This document shows positions 43,753 through 57,312 of a DNA stretch of 64,000 nt, in pieces (position 1 is the stretch's first letter; each line of letters begins with the position of its first letter). Source of the stretch: Bigelowiella natans CCMP2755 (Eukaryota; Protista; Cercozoa). Made by a program: the position numbers and the translations under genes. A model generated the notes under the pieces. That model made no database searches. It was given only the letters and a program-made list of their open reading frames with translations, and had not been told where the DNA came from. The stretch spans positions 1 to 64,000 of the forward strand of contig ADNK01000436.1 in NCBI GenBank assembly GCA_000320545.1, read 5' to 3'.

Positions 43753-45887
43753 ATGAAGCAGAGAGAAGCTGAAGGAGTTTTCGAGGCGTACGTGCAGGCA
43801 GGGTGTCCCGTCGCAACCATTGTAAGAGGTACCCCCCTCCTAGTGGTCTCACACACATCTTAAACATACGGTCCCGGCTGTCGCTCGAAGGCACACCATC
43901 ATCCCCACGAATCCCCATCTCTCTCACTGAATGAATCATTAATCCTTCTTTCTGGCGCCATTTCTGACAAAGGGTGCGAGAAATTCACCACGGAGTGCGT
44001 AGACTTGCTGGATATGAACGAGCTTATCGATAGATCGCATCTCACGCTCCTTGAAACAGTGCGGTGGATTTTTTCCCACCCTTCGCCCTTTTATTCTTAA
44101 TAGGATAAAAAAGATAGAAAATTAATTTCTCTTCCATGTGACTGGCAGAAGTAGATGGTTTAAAGGAGAAGAAAACACCGCAGTCTTCTGTGGCGCCTTA
44201 TATTCAGATTTGACATTTTTATTGCAGCCTGAGTCCCTCTCTGCCTTTTCGACCTCACCCTCTTTTTTGCCTTTAAAGAAATCGTTGGATGAAGTGTTGG
44301 AGGCGATCGATAGAAAGAGCAGCAGCAGGGGTAGTAGTGACGAGATTTGGGGCGACAGACTCATGATTTCGCTGCCCGCCGACTTCGACGGCAGCACCCC
44401 TCAGAATACGTCCATATTGGTAAAATAGTAGCGATCTTCATACCCAATAAATATAAACATTGACACCACTTGTCGTATCAATCGTATGGTAAAAAAGAGA
44501 GGGAGAGAGAGGTTGGGGAGATGACGAGTGCTTAACGTTACGATCTTTCCCTTTCTCCGTCCCCCCCCCCCCTCTCTCTTTCTCTCTCTTCATATTTGTA
44601 TCACATACAACTTGCTGATAAATCAGGAGCAGGCAATAGATTTCGCGGAGCGGCAGGTTTGTGTCGCCATTACAGCTAATGACATTACACTTCCACAGCC
44701 ACTGGGCTTTCTGTACACGCATCAAGGGAGGAGGAGGAGGAGGAGGAGGAGAGTCCCAATAAAATTATTTTTCCCTGGCGTCTGACAATGCAGTATCCTA
44801 CTATATGGCTTTAAAATCCCACCCCCTCTCATCGATACATAATCTTCATCACAGCTGAGAATAAATATGAACTACTTTTATTACATCACATGCTCGATTG
44901 CGCTGCCCTCCAGGAGTACCCAAGCGGGTACGGATTTACATCTGTAGGGTTCTCACACTCGGAGGGGGAAGGAGGGGAGAGGGTTGAGGCAATGTGCAAA
45001 GTTGCTAGGAAGGTGGCAGGAGCCGGGGCCCCGTCGAACCTAAGGTAGCACGTGATTGCGTGTGAGCGTCAATTTTCGCTCAGTTGCTGCGCTGTATGAT
45101 TTATTATTGGAATGGATGGATGTTGTCGGTCGGAAACTTCTTGATGATTGCTTCGGTTTCTTTACCTCTCGCAGTGTTAGCATCGAGGTCTCGACATACA
45201 CTCACACACACACACACACATACACACAACTTAGATGTATATTAATATGAAATGCGTGTTTGTGTGTTTTTGTGTGTGTGTGTGTGTTCGGCAGGGCTGT
45301 GCAGTGCCCAGTAAACATCTTCGAAATCGGTGCTGTGGATGAAAGGTGAGGACGGTGGTGGCTGTGGTTATGCTTATTATCGATGAAACTTCCTTTGCCG
45401 TGGTATGAAATCCCTTCCCCTCCCCTCTCCTCGTGATGATACTCTATGGTCGTGATTTGTGTATGATGAACAGCGGCGGCCAGGTCTCCGCACTGGAAGT
45501 ATGCAAGGCAAATAGCCTCAGCTTCTATGCGGATAATTCGTTGCACACAAGGTGTGTGGTGCCTCTAGCTCGGAGAGGAAGAATCGTAACTTCGCCATGT
45601 TCATTAGCGAAGACACACGGGGAGGGGGGGGGGGATTGGTTACTTTGACTATTCATCATTATAATCATCCCGCACTGTCCTCGTTCTTACTTTGCTTTGC
45701 TTCCTCCTCCTATGAGAAGCAGTAAAGCCAATATCCCCCCAACATTTGCAACAAAACCAAAAACTACTACTACTACTACTACTACTACTTCTTTTACAAC
45801 ATTCCTCAGCCCGATGTATGCGGGAGGGACAGATCCTGTCAGCTTTTTGCGGGACGCTCCGGGAGCAGGTACACGGATGAATTGCAT

Positions 45888-45929
<42 letters not shown>

Positions 45930-46503
45930 GCACAAACGCAAGTGCCTACGAGTGTACGCATGCATATGCTGTGATTGATGGATCTCATGAGCAACACAAC
46001 CTTAGCCGCCGCAGCGGCAGCTGCTAGCCTTGAAATGGAAGGAGTATCTCTGGAAAGCCACCACCCTGCTGCTGCAGCTGATGATTCGTCGTCAAGTGAT
46101 GTCAGGGAGATGGAGCAACTTACGAAGTCAATACAAAGCAACTTCAACGCTGCGGTGCGAGTTCTCCGTTCCATAATTATATTACGAAAAAAATAGTTTT
46201 TTTTTTGCATCTGGAATTTTTTATCTCGTTGAAATGTGGAGAGGAGTCGGCACCGCGTAAATGCGGCTCGGACATGGATCTTGCTTGAGGCTCGGAATCG
46301 TGTCTTGACGCTTCTTTCACGGGCCCCCCTCCTCCTCCCTCCCTCCCTCCCTCCCCCCCCCCCCTTCCTCCTCTCTCTTTCCACAGATGGGTTTGGAGAA
46401 GCAATATGCGAAGATGTACGAATCAGAGGCTGGTTAGGCGAGACATTATTAGTTTTTCAATTTCTATCAAATAGGAAGACCCATCACGTTCTTATCATCC
46501 CCG

Positions 46504-46534
<31 letters not shown>

Positions 46535-46819
46535 CATCATCATCACCACCACCATCATAATTATCATCATCATCATCATCAAGCACCGCTCCTTACTTTT
46601 CTTGTTGTTATTGTCATTGCTGAAGCCCTCATTCACCATCATCATCATCATCATCATCCCCATCCCCAGCAGTATCACTACTACTACTGCTACTACTATT
46701 ACTACTACTATTAATTATATTAATGGTAAAAATACTAATGATAATAAAATTTGACGGATGGTCTTTTTCTCCACCTCACCATCAGCAAAGACAGGGCTAC
46801 CAGTGCCGTCCGAGGTTGT

Positions 46820-46860
<41 letters not shown>

Positions 46861-48688
46861 CAGAACTTCGCAAATACTCACCACATGTTTGTATCTATTC
46901 TCGTTCATAGCTATAAATATGTATATATACATACATATTTTTATTGATGTATTATAATTGCGTCCGCAGCTGGCCTGGGGGCAAATAATCCTTGCGAGTA
47001 GCGACGATCTGCAAAATGCACTAAGGTAACTAAGCACATTAACGTACCTGTGGGCTCCCCTCGAAACCCCCTCCCTTCCCCTTCTTCCCCACCCACACGC
47101 ACAGGTGGGAATACGCACGTCGCTGCACAATAACGCCATCCGCTGAGGCCAATATCCGCATGCTAAAGGGGAAGGTCATGGCCTCCTTATGTTCAGTGCT
47201 TTGCTTTTCTCTCCCTCTCTCTCTCTAATCAAAGCAACACGCATCACCAAACACGCGGCGAGCATCGACCTGATCCAACGGAACTAATCCTTGTTGTGCG
47301 GTGACTCTTTACTGGATAGGGCGAGCTTGAAGAGTGGGGCCAACAGTACCTGCGGTAGTAGTACAGTAGCAATAGTAGTTTAACAATTCATGGTAGTAGG
47401 TGTAGCAGTTGTAGTTGTAGTTGTAGTAGTAGTGGTAGTAGAGAAGCTGTGTAGTAGCAGTAGCAGTAGCAGTTAAGATGGTGAAGAATTCGTAGTTTAT
47501 CCTCTTTTTAATGATAGAAACATGCATTAGGCACACGCACACACGTACACACCCTATTTGGATGATATTACGCACAGGGTCCTGATGAACTTGCTCGATC
47601 TGTTCTCTGCATCGGTATGTTGTTTCCCTATTGTTTTCTCCCGAATCTTGTGCGTCTTTCTAAATGAGTAGAAGAGAACCGTATCATCTTGCATCGGTTC
47701 TGTGTGTCGGTGTTACAAGGGTCAGTGGTGATGAGATTACGTTTATTGTTTAGTATAAACCGTCGGTTCTCCCGTTGCCAATCTCTCGAAGCACCAGCGT
47801 TTTCGATCTTTTCACAGCCTTTTGGCCTTACAACACGTACTCGTAATCAGGTTCACCGCGTTGAAGGAAAGAAGCGGAGGAGGCTCGAATCCTTTTTATC
47901 AGACGCAATGCCGAATATTTCCACAGGTTTTTACCAGCCCAGCTAGCGAGCTAGCTATAAATGCACGCTTTCCGAAGCAGTAGTTTGATTCGCGGCGCTG
48001 TGTGCTCGTCTTGAGACGGTGCAGGATGTTTTTCCTATCTGTAGATAGTATACAAATACACCGGCGATACGTCTTTATGCATGACGGCACGGCCATGACT
48101 GAGCATATACAGAAGTTACAGACGGCTTCTCCGTATTTGTTTTATATGTTGTTTGTCGTACCCAAATTTGTATGTGTCCTCCTCAGGCGCTGAGGAGGAT
48201 GTTCGGCTGGAGGACTTCTGCCTTTCTCTGGTCATCATAAATGGAATAAGAAAATAATAAATATACGAAGGCATGACGATGATGCTGAAGATTATGAGGA
48301 GGAGGAGGAGGAGGAGGGGGGGGGGGGGGGGAATGCAGGGGTGGAGTGGGTTGATGATATTAAATAAGTAAGATAGAGTGCATTAGGAAGCGAATTAAGA
48401 TCCTCCATTTTCTCCCCTTTTCCCTCCATTATATCAATGCTTCCTCTCTTCTTCCCATAGGTCCGCAGCACTGGAGTCAGCTGCCTTCTAACAGATGCGC
48501 AAAGTGCTCTCCGTCTTGCCCCCGTCCCACCCCCAAAAATGGTAGACACGCGGCCTGCCCAGTACAGACCGATCGACGATGATTTTGTGCTTATTCAATA
48601 TATCTTCTTCCTTATTTGGTTACAGACCGCATCAGAGGCTCTTGAAATTATGAGGGAGGCCCGTAGCTTTTACGAGACGAACAAGTAG
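43753..48688 (+). CDS. Hypothetical multi-exon protein
   Basis: MKQREAEGVFEAYVQAG.., CEKFTTECVDLLDMNELID.., PESLSAF..NTSIL, VAALYDLLLEWMD.., ..TASEALEIMREARSFYETNK*; many short GT-AG exons. Confidence 0.55.
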
Positions 48689-49379
48689 AAAGGGTCTTTT
48701 AGATGGAATGCACAACGATATAATGATGATGTGAAGCGACGGAATGATGTTTACTACTAACGATCAAAATCGTTCGGAATTGTCGGCAATCAAGCGTTGG
48801 CAAATTGTGCATCGGTGACAAGCGCATGCTATGAAGATGATGATTCATACACATACATCCCGCACAGCCGCATATCTACCAGATCTAGCTAGCTAGAGAT
48901 TAGGCACGCTTGCGCCCATGGTGACACTGCTAGACTGTCTATAGCTGTGGTGTCGCTACAACATTTGCGTGCATCCACTTCCATCTTAAGCCATCGTGCA
49001 TGCAATGGACGTGCAATTTGTGCGCTGTGCTATCCACTTAGCTAAGTCGCATAAATGTGTAAACGCGGTTGCGATGTAGCCCATCACACAGATACTCGTG
49101 CATGCTAGCATGCGTACCACTGCTAGCACTGGCTACAATCTCTAGCAATCATTGCCACATGACAGGCGTGCATTCAGCCAGCGGATTGAAATACTGCAAG
49201 CTCGCGGTACTACTCAGGAAATGAATTTTCAACTCCAACAAGGCTTCAATAGTGCCTATGAACGTTGCACGCAGGGCATCACTTACAGTCCTCTATCCAT
49301 CTTGCATGGTCATCAACATGGACAAATTCCTGCAATGCACTTTCCCATTTTTGCAGGGATGCTAATCAAGTAGGCGGCG

Positions 49380-50060
49380 CAATCTGCGCAAGTGTTACAC
49401 GCACAAGATCCTGATAGATGAGACGTGTGTGCACCAAAAGACATTCAGAATGGATGTGTTAGACGATTTCAAAGAAGAAGAACATGACGTCAAGGCAAAA
49501 TCCAGCATCCAAATCTTAGCAAAAGACAACGACAGACGAAAATAACCTGGGCAGGGACAGGTAACAATGCAAACAAAAGCTCTCAGCGCAAACCCGAATG
49601 CCCAACAGAAGAGGGCAACAACAGAGAAAAACAACATCAGAATGCACCTGCAATGAGAAAGAATTTGTCAAATTTCTGCGCAGGTGTCGAGCATGATTGC
49701 ATTCAAATACCCACATGGACCCTTTGTGTACAAATATGGACAGCATTCAGGATCATCGTCGTCTCCTCCTTCAAGACGTTCTTCAAATGCATCTTCCACA
49801 GAAGCTGTCACCCACAGTGTGCACACGAGCCAATCAGAACAATTTCTTTTTCATCATCGATTGTTTGGCACTAGAGATCTAAAAAATGGAATTAATAAGA
49901 TGACACCTTCAACCGAAACACTCACAGTTGCGACATTATCGTCCAAGCACTTGTCTGCTTCATCGGCGTGATCGTTGACTTCTAGTGGCGGGAGCTGCAC
50001 GTCCATCATTTCACAGATCTTCGAGTGCACGAAGGAAGTGCTGTTGTTTTTAAGACACAT
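49380..50060. other. Partially TpA-depleted intergenic region with broken ORF remnants (minus strand)
   Basis: Low TA; Cys/His-rich fragmentary ORFs (49854-50060, 49395-49637). Confidence 0.4.
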
Positions 50061-50259
50061 CTACGCCGGGGACCAACAATTCATAGCTCTCTTCCTCGCA
50101 AATTAACGAGAATAGGCAAGCCGTTTGGCCCAAATCGCCGCCGTATCAGTCCTTCTTCCCCGCTGCGTTCGCGAGCTCACCGCAGCACTGAAATGCGCTG
50201 GCAAAAAGCGCAGTTAGAAGTTGGTGCTGGCTCCACAGGTGGGATCTGAAAACATGCGG

Positions 50260-50283
50260 ACGACAACTGAAAAACGTTGTCGT
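50260..50283. promoter_or_regulatory. Spaced palindrome ACGACAAC-N8-GTTGTCGT (CGACA-N12-TGTCG)
   Basis: acgacaactgaaaaacgttgtcgt, about 100 bp upstream of the DUF3783 ATG. Confidence 0.55.
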
Positions 50284-50380
50284 AGATAAAAAAAAAGGCT
50301 GAGTTTTTTAGGAAAAAAAACAGCCGTTGTTCTCCCGATACTAGTGTCGAATTGGAGTAACCTCTGTCTGCCCAGCATCA

Positions 50381-51334
50381 ATGGCTCGGCTCTGCTGTGT
50401 GATCCTCCTCCCCCTCCTCCTTTCGGACGCCACGGCTACCCGGTATATCCGTGGCCGGGGCCCCGCTGCTGCATCCGTAAGGACGAGAATCTCCGGCTGC
50501 TTTGGGAGAATGACAAGGACCATGATGCAAAGAAGGACACATGCAGGTAAGACCCCACCCCCTCCCATACGATCATTCTCGACGACGACTCAGTTTCTTT
50601 CGGTTGCAACGGCTCTTGGCAGGTCTCGTTGCTGTTCAATCCTCGGAAAAACAGGGCGACAAGGACGACGGAGACGATAAAAACGTCGTCCCCATGGATG
50701 AAGGGATGGCTATGCTCGGAAACGAGCCGACGGGACCACTTGCGTGCCTGCTCGTCGGCTTCAATCCCGGAGAGAAGAAAGCGTTCGAGGACATGATGGC
50801 AGGAATGGATGCAGACATCGTGGACATAGTAGTGGCTAATCAGGTTGTATTGGCCTTGGCCGCTGTAGTGTAAAAACCATTGAGAATGATGCACACCTTC
50901 AATGTATGGCCACTTTTGTCTGCAAAAAACGTGTTTGTCTCATCCTTTCGGTTGTATTGTAGCTCGATCGGACGCTCGAGGAATCACTAGAAATACCATT
51001 CGACGAGCCTCCAAGTGGTTAGATGTCTAGATGTGGTCTAAAGAAGGAGGAAATTATAAATGATGAATATTCAGTTGGAAGGATGTTGATGATGATGATG
51101 ATGAAATCACAATTCTATTCTATAATTCTCATATCGATCGTGCGAATTAACCCCCCCCCCCTCCCCTTCTTTTCATACTGAAATATGCAGACAACGTGAT
51201 AGGCCAGAACAAGCGCATCGTATTTCTCTCCGGAATGTAATACCGCAAGAATGAATTATGTTAATTTGCCAATTGCACACTTTTTACCTACATGCAAACT
51301 CTTCCCCTCCGCTCTATTTATTCGGAGATCAGTC

Positions 51335-51374
<40 letters not shown>

Positions 51375-51974
51375 CGTATTCATTTGTATGGATGTCTATA
51401 TATGCGAAATGCTCAATAATATTGAGTAGTTAATAACTTAGCAATGCATAGCCGATGAGTCTCTGTCTATCGCCGTTCTGTTTCCTTAATATTATCTTTA
51501 CACGATGATACTATTTTCAAACAGGTACTCTGGTGAGATACAAGAGGTGATGGCAGCGTATGACGAGAGCGACTTGCCATTCACTCTTTGGGCGATGGCG
51601 GTTCCCAACTCAATGAAGAAGGTATATACAGCAGAAACTACGCGTAATATCTCCTCCTCACTTCCCCTCCGTAAGTGGGGGGGAGATAAAAAAATGAATT
51701 TCACGTCAATATATGCTTTAAGAAGCGATGTTTCAGCATAAATTGCTTTGCACCATCTGTGTAGCTATCCTGAATTGTTCGATTCCTTTGCGTTAAACCT
51801 CACTAACAATACTCTACAACTTCTCGCTTCCTTGCTATTCGCTAAATGCAGCCTCTCCGAAGCCTAGTGACAGAAATCATGAACGACGCTGCGTGGATGA
51901 TTGCTAAAGAAGAGGAAGTAGCAGCAGAGGCAGAGGCTGCGAGAATAGACGAAGGACTTAGAACTGTCGAATGA
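50381..51974 (+). CDS. DUF3783-family protein with bipartite (signal + transit-like) plastid-targeting leader
   Basis: Exon 1 (50381-50546) MARLCCVILLPLLLSDATA + Arg-rich segment. Then GPLACLLVGF..EKKAFEDMM..RIVFLSGM-YSGEIQEVMAAYDESDLP..WAMAVPNSMKK-PLRSLVTEIMND, matching the plant/cyanobacterial DUF3783 pattern. Confidence 0.8.
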
Positions 51975-52264
51975 ACACTACGCATATACCAAACATGCAC
52001 TAGATGCGCGTCGTTGCTGCAGCATATATGCTCACGAAATTTTGGCATAACTACCACATGTGTCAGAGTCGCAGTGTACATGATATATATATTAACATTT
52101 TGTAGCAGGCAGCTTTCCGCTTGTTATATTTTGGTTGCGATGTATCTATATATTGCGTTTCATGCTCCGCGTGCGTCCGTGAGAGTTTTTTGCTGCTGAG
52201 TAGCTACAATCAAGAGAACGACGAAGCTATGTTTGGCGCATTTCTTTTTTTTTGGAACGACGCA

Positions 52265-53568
52265 ATTCATGGAAAGTACGTCTGCTTCTCTTCCAGGCAG
52301 TACGATGCGTTGGCCTTTATTTGTTAGTTTCAGTCAAACACAAGCGTCTGTGCCCTTTGAATTCCAGACACAGTAACGTTCTTGTGCTCATCCCAGAGCG
52401 TCCTAAGTGCCTTCATGTAATCTTGGTGCACCTGCATACGCGCACAGATGAATGGTGTAGAATGGCTGACGAATGATATAATGTGCGTGCAGCCGCACGA
52501 AATCGAAAAAGGCATGGGAAAGAGAAGTGGTGGCGATCATGATGATGATGATGATAACGTTTTCAACCTCTTGCACGATTTTCCTTCCCTCATCCGAGTT
52601 TCTGGTAGGAAGTAGGTTGGTACAAGCGTGAGTTGGTAGGCAAGGCAACGAGGGCGACAATTCATGGAATAATAACAGTGAACCGGAACACAATTTAAAT
52701 ATAAATATGTGTATAAATTTTTAGTTTGCAATTGATATACTGTGCGTGCGTGTGTGTGTGTGTGTGTGTGTGTGTTATCGATCAGATCTCCCTGGGAAGA
52801 AGAGAATCGTGATTTCCTTTGTGCTGCTGTGTTGTTATAAGTAGCGTGCAAATCTGGTAATATTTCAATAGTAGTAGTCGTAGTAGTTATTGCTGTTGTA
52901 GCAGCCCATTATACCTCTCGCACCCACGGTGTTTTGAAGTTAAGCTTCAGCGTCAAAAGCCTGAAGATCGAGAGAGAAGGGGGGAGGAGGGGTAGGAGGA
53001 AGTGAGTGGAGGCACGGACATGGTGATGATCATGCGTATTGTTTCATATGATAATTAATGATGATGATGATGATGATGATGATAATGATGATGGGGACTG
53101 CTGTCGAAAACACACACTCACACACACATATGACAATACGCATGGTGTAGTATATATCAGTGATTTTCATGTTGTAGTTTCCCGCCTCACCTGTGGTCAA
53201 TGCCAGGGAACTTCTCCGAAAATCCAAGGGCCTAAAATACATAAATGTATTGTATATGTGTGCATATAAATATTTATGTATATATATATATGTGTGTATA
53301 TATGTGCATATATAGGTGCGACATAGTTGTAGGACATGTGGCACCATACGAGAGAAAGAGTACTGCGCTCATGGCAAAACGCATCATTCTCATCGTCATC
53401 ATCATTGTTATTGCCATTCCTGTAATAATTCACTTTACATCCGTTGCGAATGTTCCCCACGCACCCAGCGACAGGATGCCTTCAATTTGAGAAGGAGGGG
53501 GAGGAGGAGGAGGAGGAAGAGGATTTGATATGCAAAAGTAGAAGTAAGAAGAGGAAGCAGAACTAGAG

Positions 53569-53604
<36 letters not shown>

Positions 53605-53727
53605 TTGGTAGTGAGTAGCAGTAGCCTCCAGGTTGCGGAAATGAGTTCGGTAGCAACTTGAGAGAAAGAGAGAAAGAGAGAAAGAGGGAAGAGAGAGAGG
53701 GGGAGAGAGAAAATGGCTGAGGTAAAA

Positions 53728-53772
<45 letters not shown>

Positions 53773-54944
53773 CACACCCACATGCACATAGTATACCGTG
53801 CGGATGATAGCAGAAGACATACTTTTTCTTCGGAGATATATCGACTGTTTTTTCCTGTAAATAAAGGAGCCGATGTTGATAATGATGACCATGGGGGGGA
53901 ACAGTGCGGTGAATTCGCTTCAAACGCTGTGACTCGATAGGCTATTTTAATGCTGTTCTAGACCTACGTGTTTTTCCATCTTGGTCATCTTCGTCATCAT
54001 CATCATCATCATCATCGTCATCATCATCATCATCATCGTCATCATCATCATCATCATCATCATCCTCACAAGATGGACATGGAAAGGAGAAGAGAAGTGG
54101 AGGAAGAGGAAGAGGTAGAAGGAAGGAAGAGAATAGGCCTCTTCTTCTTCTTCTTCTTCTTCTTCTTCTTCTTCTTTTCAGGGTACCAGTCGCATCGGGA
54201 AGTAATCGACAAATAATTTCCAGATCGGCAGCTTTCGGAGAAAAGGCGTGCGGTTGCCTATAAATGGTGGCAAAAACATTAGCAGCCGTGGTAGCGATAC
54301 TACGTGGAAGAACAACACATTCAGACCTCCAATAAAATATGCATTAGACACAAGATTGCGCTGCGTACGCTCTCCATTCTTTCTTACCCCTCCCTCTCCC
54401 CCCCCCCCCCTCCCCCTCTCTCTCTATCTATCTCTCTCTGCGACCACCTCTCGACGAGGAGTCATCGTAGAAGAGACTCCAAATGAGATAAACTATGAAT
54501 GGCACGTTGAGGATAGGAACTAGCATCATAGAGAGCGTGAAACCCCATGCCTAGAGATAACGAAGAGAGAGAGAAAGAGAAAGCTTCTTAGCTTGGGGGA
54601 GGAATATGATTCTCCCCTCATCTCTCGGTGTGCGAAAGACTTGAAAGGAGGCGACTGCAACTTATTACCACAAAGGAGAGGGGCAGCACCATCAAAGCTA
54701 AGTAGACTGTTGTTATTTGAGGAGGAGGAAGAGGAGGAAGAGGTGAAGGAATATATTGGAGAATGAGACATGAGAAGGGGGGGGGGGGGGAGAGAGAGAG
54801 AGAGAGAGAGAGAGAGGACAAGACGACGAAGAACAAGGCAGCAGACCCCAACAGCGAGAATACTTATGTATATTATACAAAATGTATTGAAAGCGAGTGC
54901 GTGTGTGTGTGTGTGTGTCTGTGTGTAATTGACAAATAAAGAAG

Positions 54945-54985
<41 letters not shown>

Positions 54986-55510
54986 GACGCGTTGATCAGA
55001 AATGTCGTGTGTTATAAAGTAGTAACTCGAAGAAGAAGGAGAAGAACAAGAACAAGAACAAGAACAAGACAAGGAGGAGGAGAAAGCAGAAGAAGGTATA
55101 GATAAAACCAGTCAGAGACTGGAATCTCCGCTCCCAAGAGTAGCTAAGATACAACATAGCCACAACATTTATTACATCGTACGCTTACGCGTGTGCGCGT
55201 ATGTGTGTGTGTGTGTGTGTGGATAAATACAAGAAACTACTGCTATCTTCAAAAATCTCCAAAGAAGGGTGGGGGAGGCAGTTGCGAACATGGGAGGAGA
55301 ACTGTACATATATGTTCTCTCCCGACGGCTTCGTCCCTCCCGTTCATCATGCGGCATCTTTCCCTTTACACCCCTCCTACATCAACTATCTCGTGGTACG
55401 GAGAAGGGGAAAGGCTGTCGTTACTCCCCTCCCTACGAGTAGTATCTCTGCGTAGACTGCTGTGCCTAACACTCCTTGCAAGCAATACCCTATGTCAAAG
55501 CCGAACATGT
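52265..55510 (-). CDS. DGAT2/MGAT-family acyltransferase; central catalytic exons not found in this assembly
   Basis: SWERRFQSLT, hydrophobic TM exons, LRKLPIWKLFVDYFPMRL (YFP motif), KYVFCYHPHGILSLGAW (HPHG motif), FPGIDHRLLTLKLNFKTPWVRE, and C-terminal VHQDYMKALRTLWDEHK. Confidence 0.85.
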
Positions 55511-55591
55511 TGCTAGGCACTCGCTGTAGCTGAGAACCAAAGGTAATGGGAGAAGAAGAAGAAGAAGGAGGACCACGATGGATCAAATCAG

Positions 55592-56959
55592 TCATCGCAT
55601 GGACTTCGCTTCTATACAAGTACTCTGGGATGGGATCGCTGCGCGCCATCGTTTTCGTGTTGCTGCTGTTGTGCCCTTTCCTAAGCAACATGAAGCAGCA
55701 CCGCGCTCGGTCTTGAGCAACGCACCTCGATTGATGCCTTCTCCTCCTCCTGCAGGCAAGTGATTAGCTGCTCCCCTTGTTTCGTGAGGATTTTCAACCT
55801 GTTCGCATTGCGTATACACGTGTGCGTTTGCGTTCGTGTCTGTGTTGCGCATCGGAATGCGGATGGTAGGGGAGGGGAAAGAGGTGAAACCTGGAGGGCG
55901 CCGTAATGAGAATACAGCGAACGAAAGGGGTGATTACGGGAAGTTAACGTATTCTTGCAAGGCCTTCCATCTTCATATTTTGTGTGTTTTTTGGTGTGTT
56001 ATAAATGCTGCTGCTGCTGCTGCTACTGATATCACAATTATATTTTTTAATCCGTGAAGCTACCCATTGACAGAAAGCAGCTTGCCGGACATATTGAACA
56101 GAACAACTCTCGGCCTGCCCCCGGGGACGTATCTGCTCGTTTCCACAGCACACACACACACACACATGTCTAAAAAGAGCCACTCACATTAGTGAAACTA
56201 AGCATGAAGAGGTAAATCACTCCGGTGATAAGTGAAGGTTAAGGGAGGGGAGAGATTGCTGAGACAAATTACCTGATTTTGTCCTTTTCGAGCAGTTTCG
56301 ATACGGGAGAGTTCTCGGCAATGAAGTCGGTGCTGCTGAAGGGGATACTGAACCATGGCATCCCCTTACGATGTCTGAGTAATAAATACATGCGAAAATT
56401 ATGTGGGTGCTTATGTGAGGCTCTTGTACATTATACGACGGCGCGGAATTAGATAAAATCTATCATCACCACGCAAGGAAACGACGAAGGAAGGAGGGGG
56501 CGGGACTACGGAGAGAAATAGACATTTAAATAGATTTAAAACCTTTGGAATTCTTCCTCAGTCTTATCGTGTGTTATGAAAACGATTTGGAGGTTTCCAA
56601 GGTGGCGTGTGGCAAGCTGGTGATAGATCTCGACTAGTCTCTTCTGATGACCCTCGCTCACGGACGAGAGTGATGCGACATAAAAGGCGACAATGTCCGC
56701 CTCTCTTAGAGCAATCTTTGCATCGACCAGCTTCCCTAATCGATGAAGGTAGAGGGAAAGGGGGAGAGGACGAGCACGAGTGATTGTAAATAGTGAGGAA
56801 TTAGTTTTTACAACTCAATTCCGAAATGGGGGGATAAGCGCAACGCTGTATTGCATCCTCCCTACCACGAAAATGATCTCAAAGCACATAATTACATGAA
56901 CCTGATGGAGACAGAAGGTTCGGTCCTGTATATCGGCTCAGCGGTGATCCGCTCTTCAT
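55592..56959 (-). CDS. Nucleoredoxin/tryparedoxin-like thioredoxin-fold domain lacking CxxC (possibly the N-terminal part of the DGAT2 gene)
   Basis: Spliced: MKSGSPLSRYTGPNLLSPSG-KLVDAKIALREADIVAFYVASLSSVSEGHQKRLVEIYHQL..LQIVFITHDKTEEEFQR-HRKGMPWFSIPF..-PRVVLFNMSGKLLSVNG; WCPPC replaced by SLSSV. Confidence 0.75.
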
Positions 56960-57312
56960 GACCGGAGGTGGGGGGGAACTCTGTTTCCAGGAGAGCGCGT
57001 ATCCCAACCTGGTACAGAACTGCGTAAAACGCCCTGCGTTTGCCTGCTGTTGCGAACGCGAAAACTTGCATAAAAACTCTGGATTTTTTTAGACAATTTT
57101 TCAAGGTTTGCGAGAAGATAATATCATGTACATGAAGCGGGCGGCATTTCCACCAGATCATCAGACTGAACCTGTAAATGGAGTAAAAACGACCGGGCGT
57201 TTCCCCATTCGATCTTATTCGTCATACAAGTATCCGCAAGTTATGGAGTTCATACCTGTATTCTAGATCTAACGGCAGGTCTGCCGAAATCGTCAGGGGG
57301 TTACCCAGAGCT

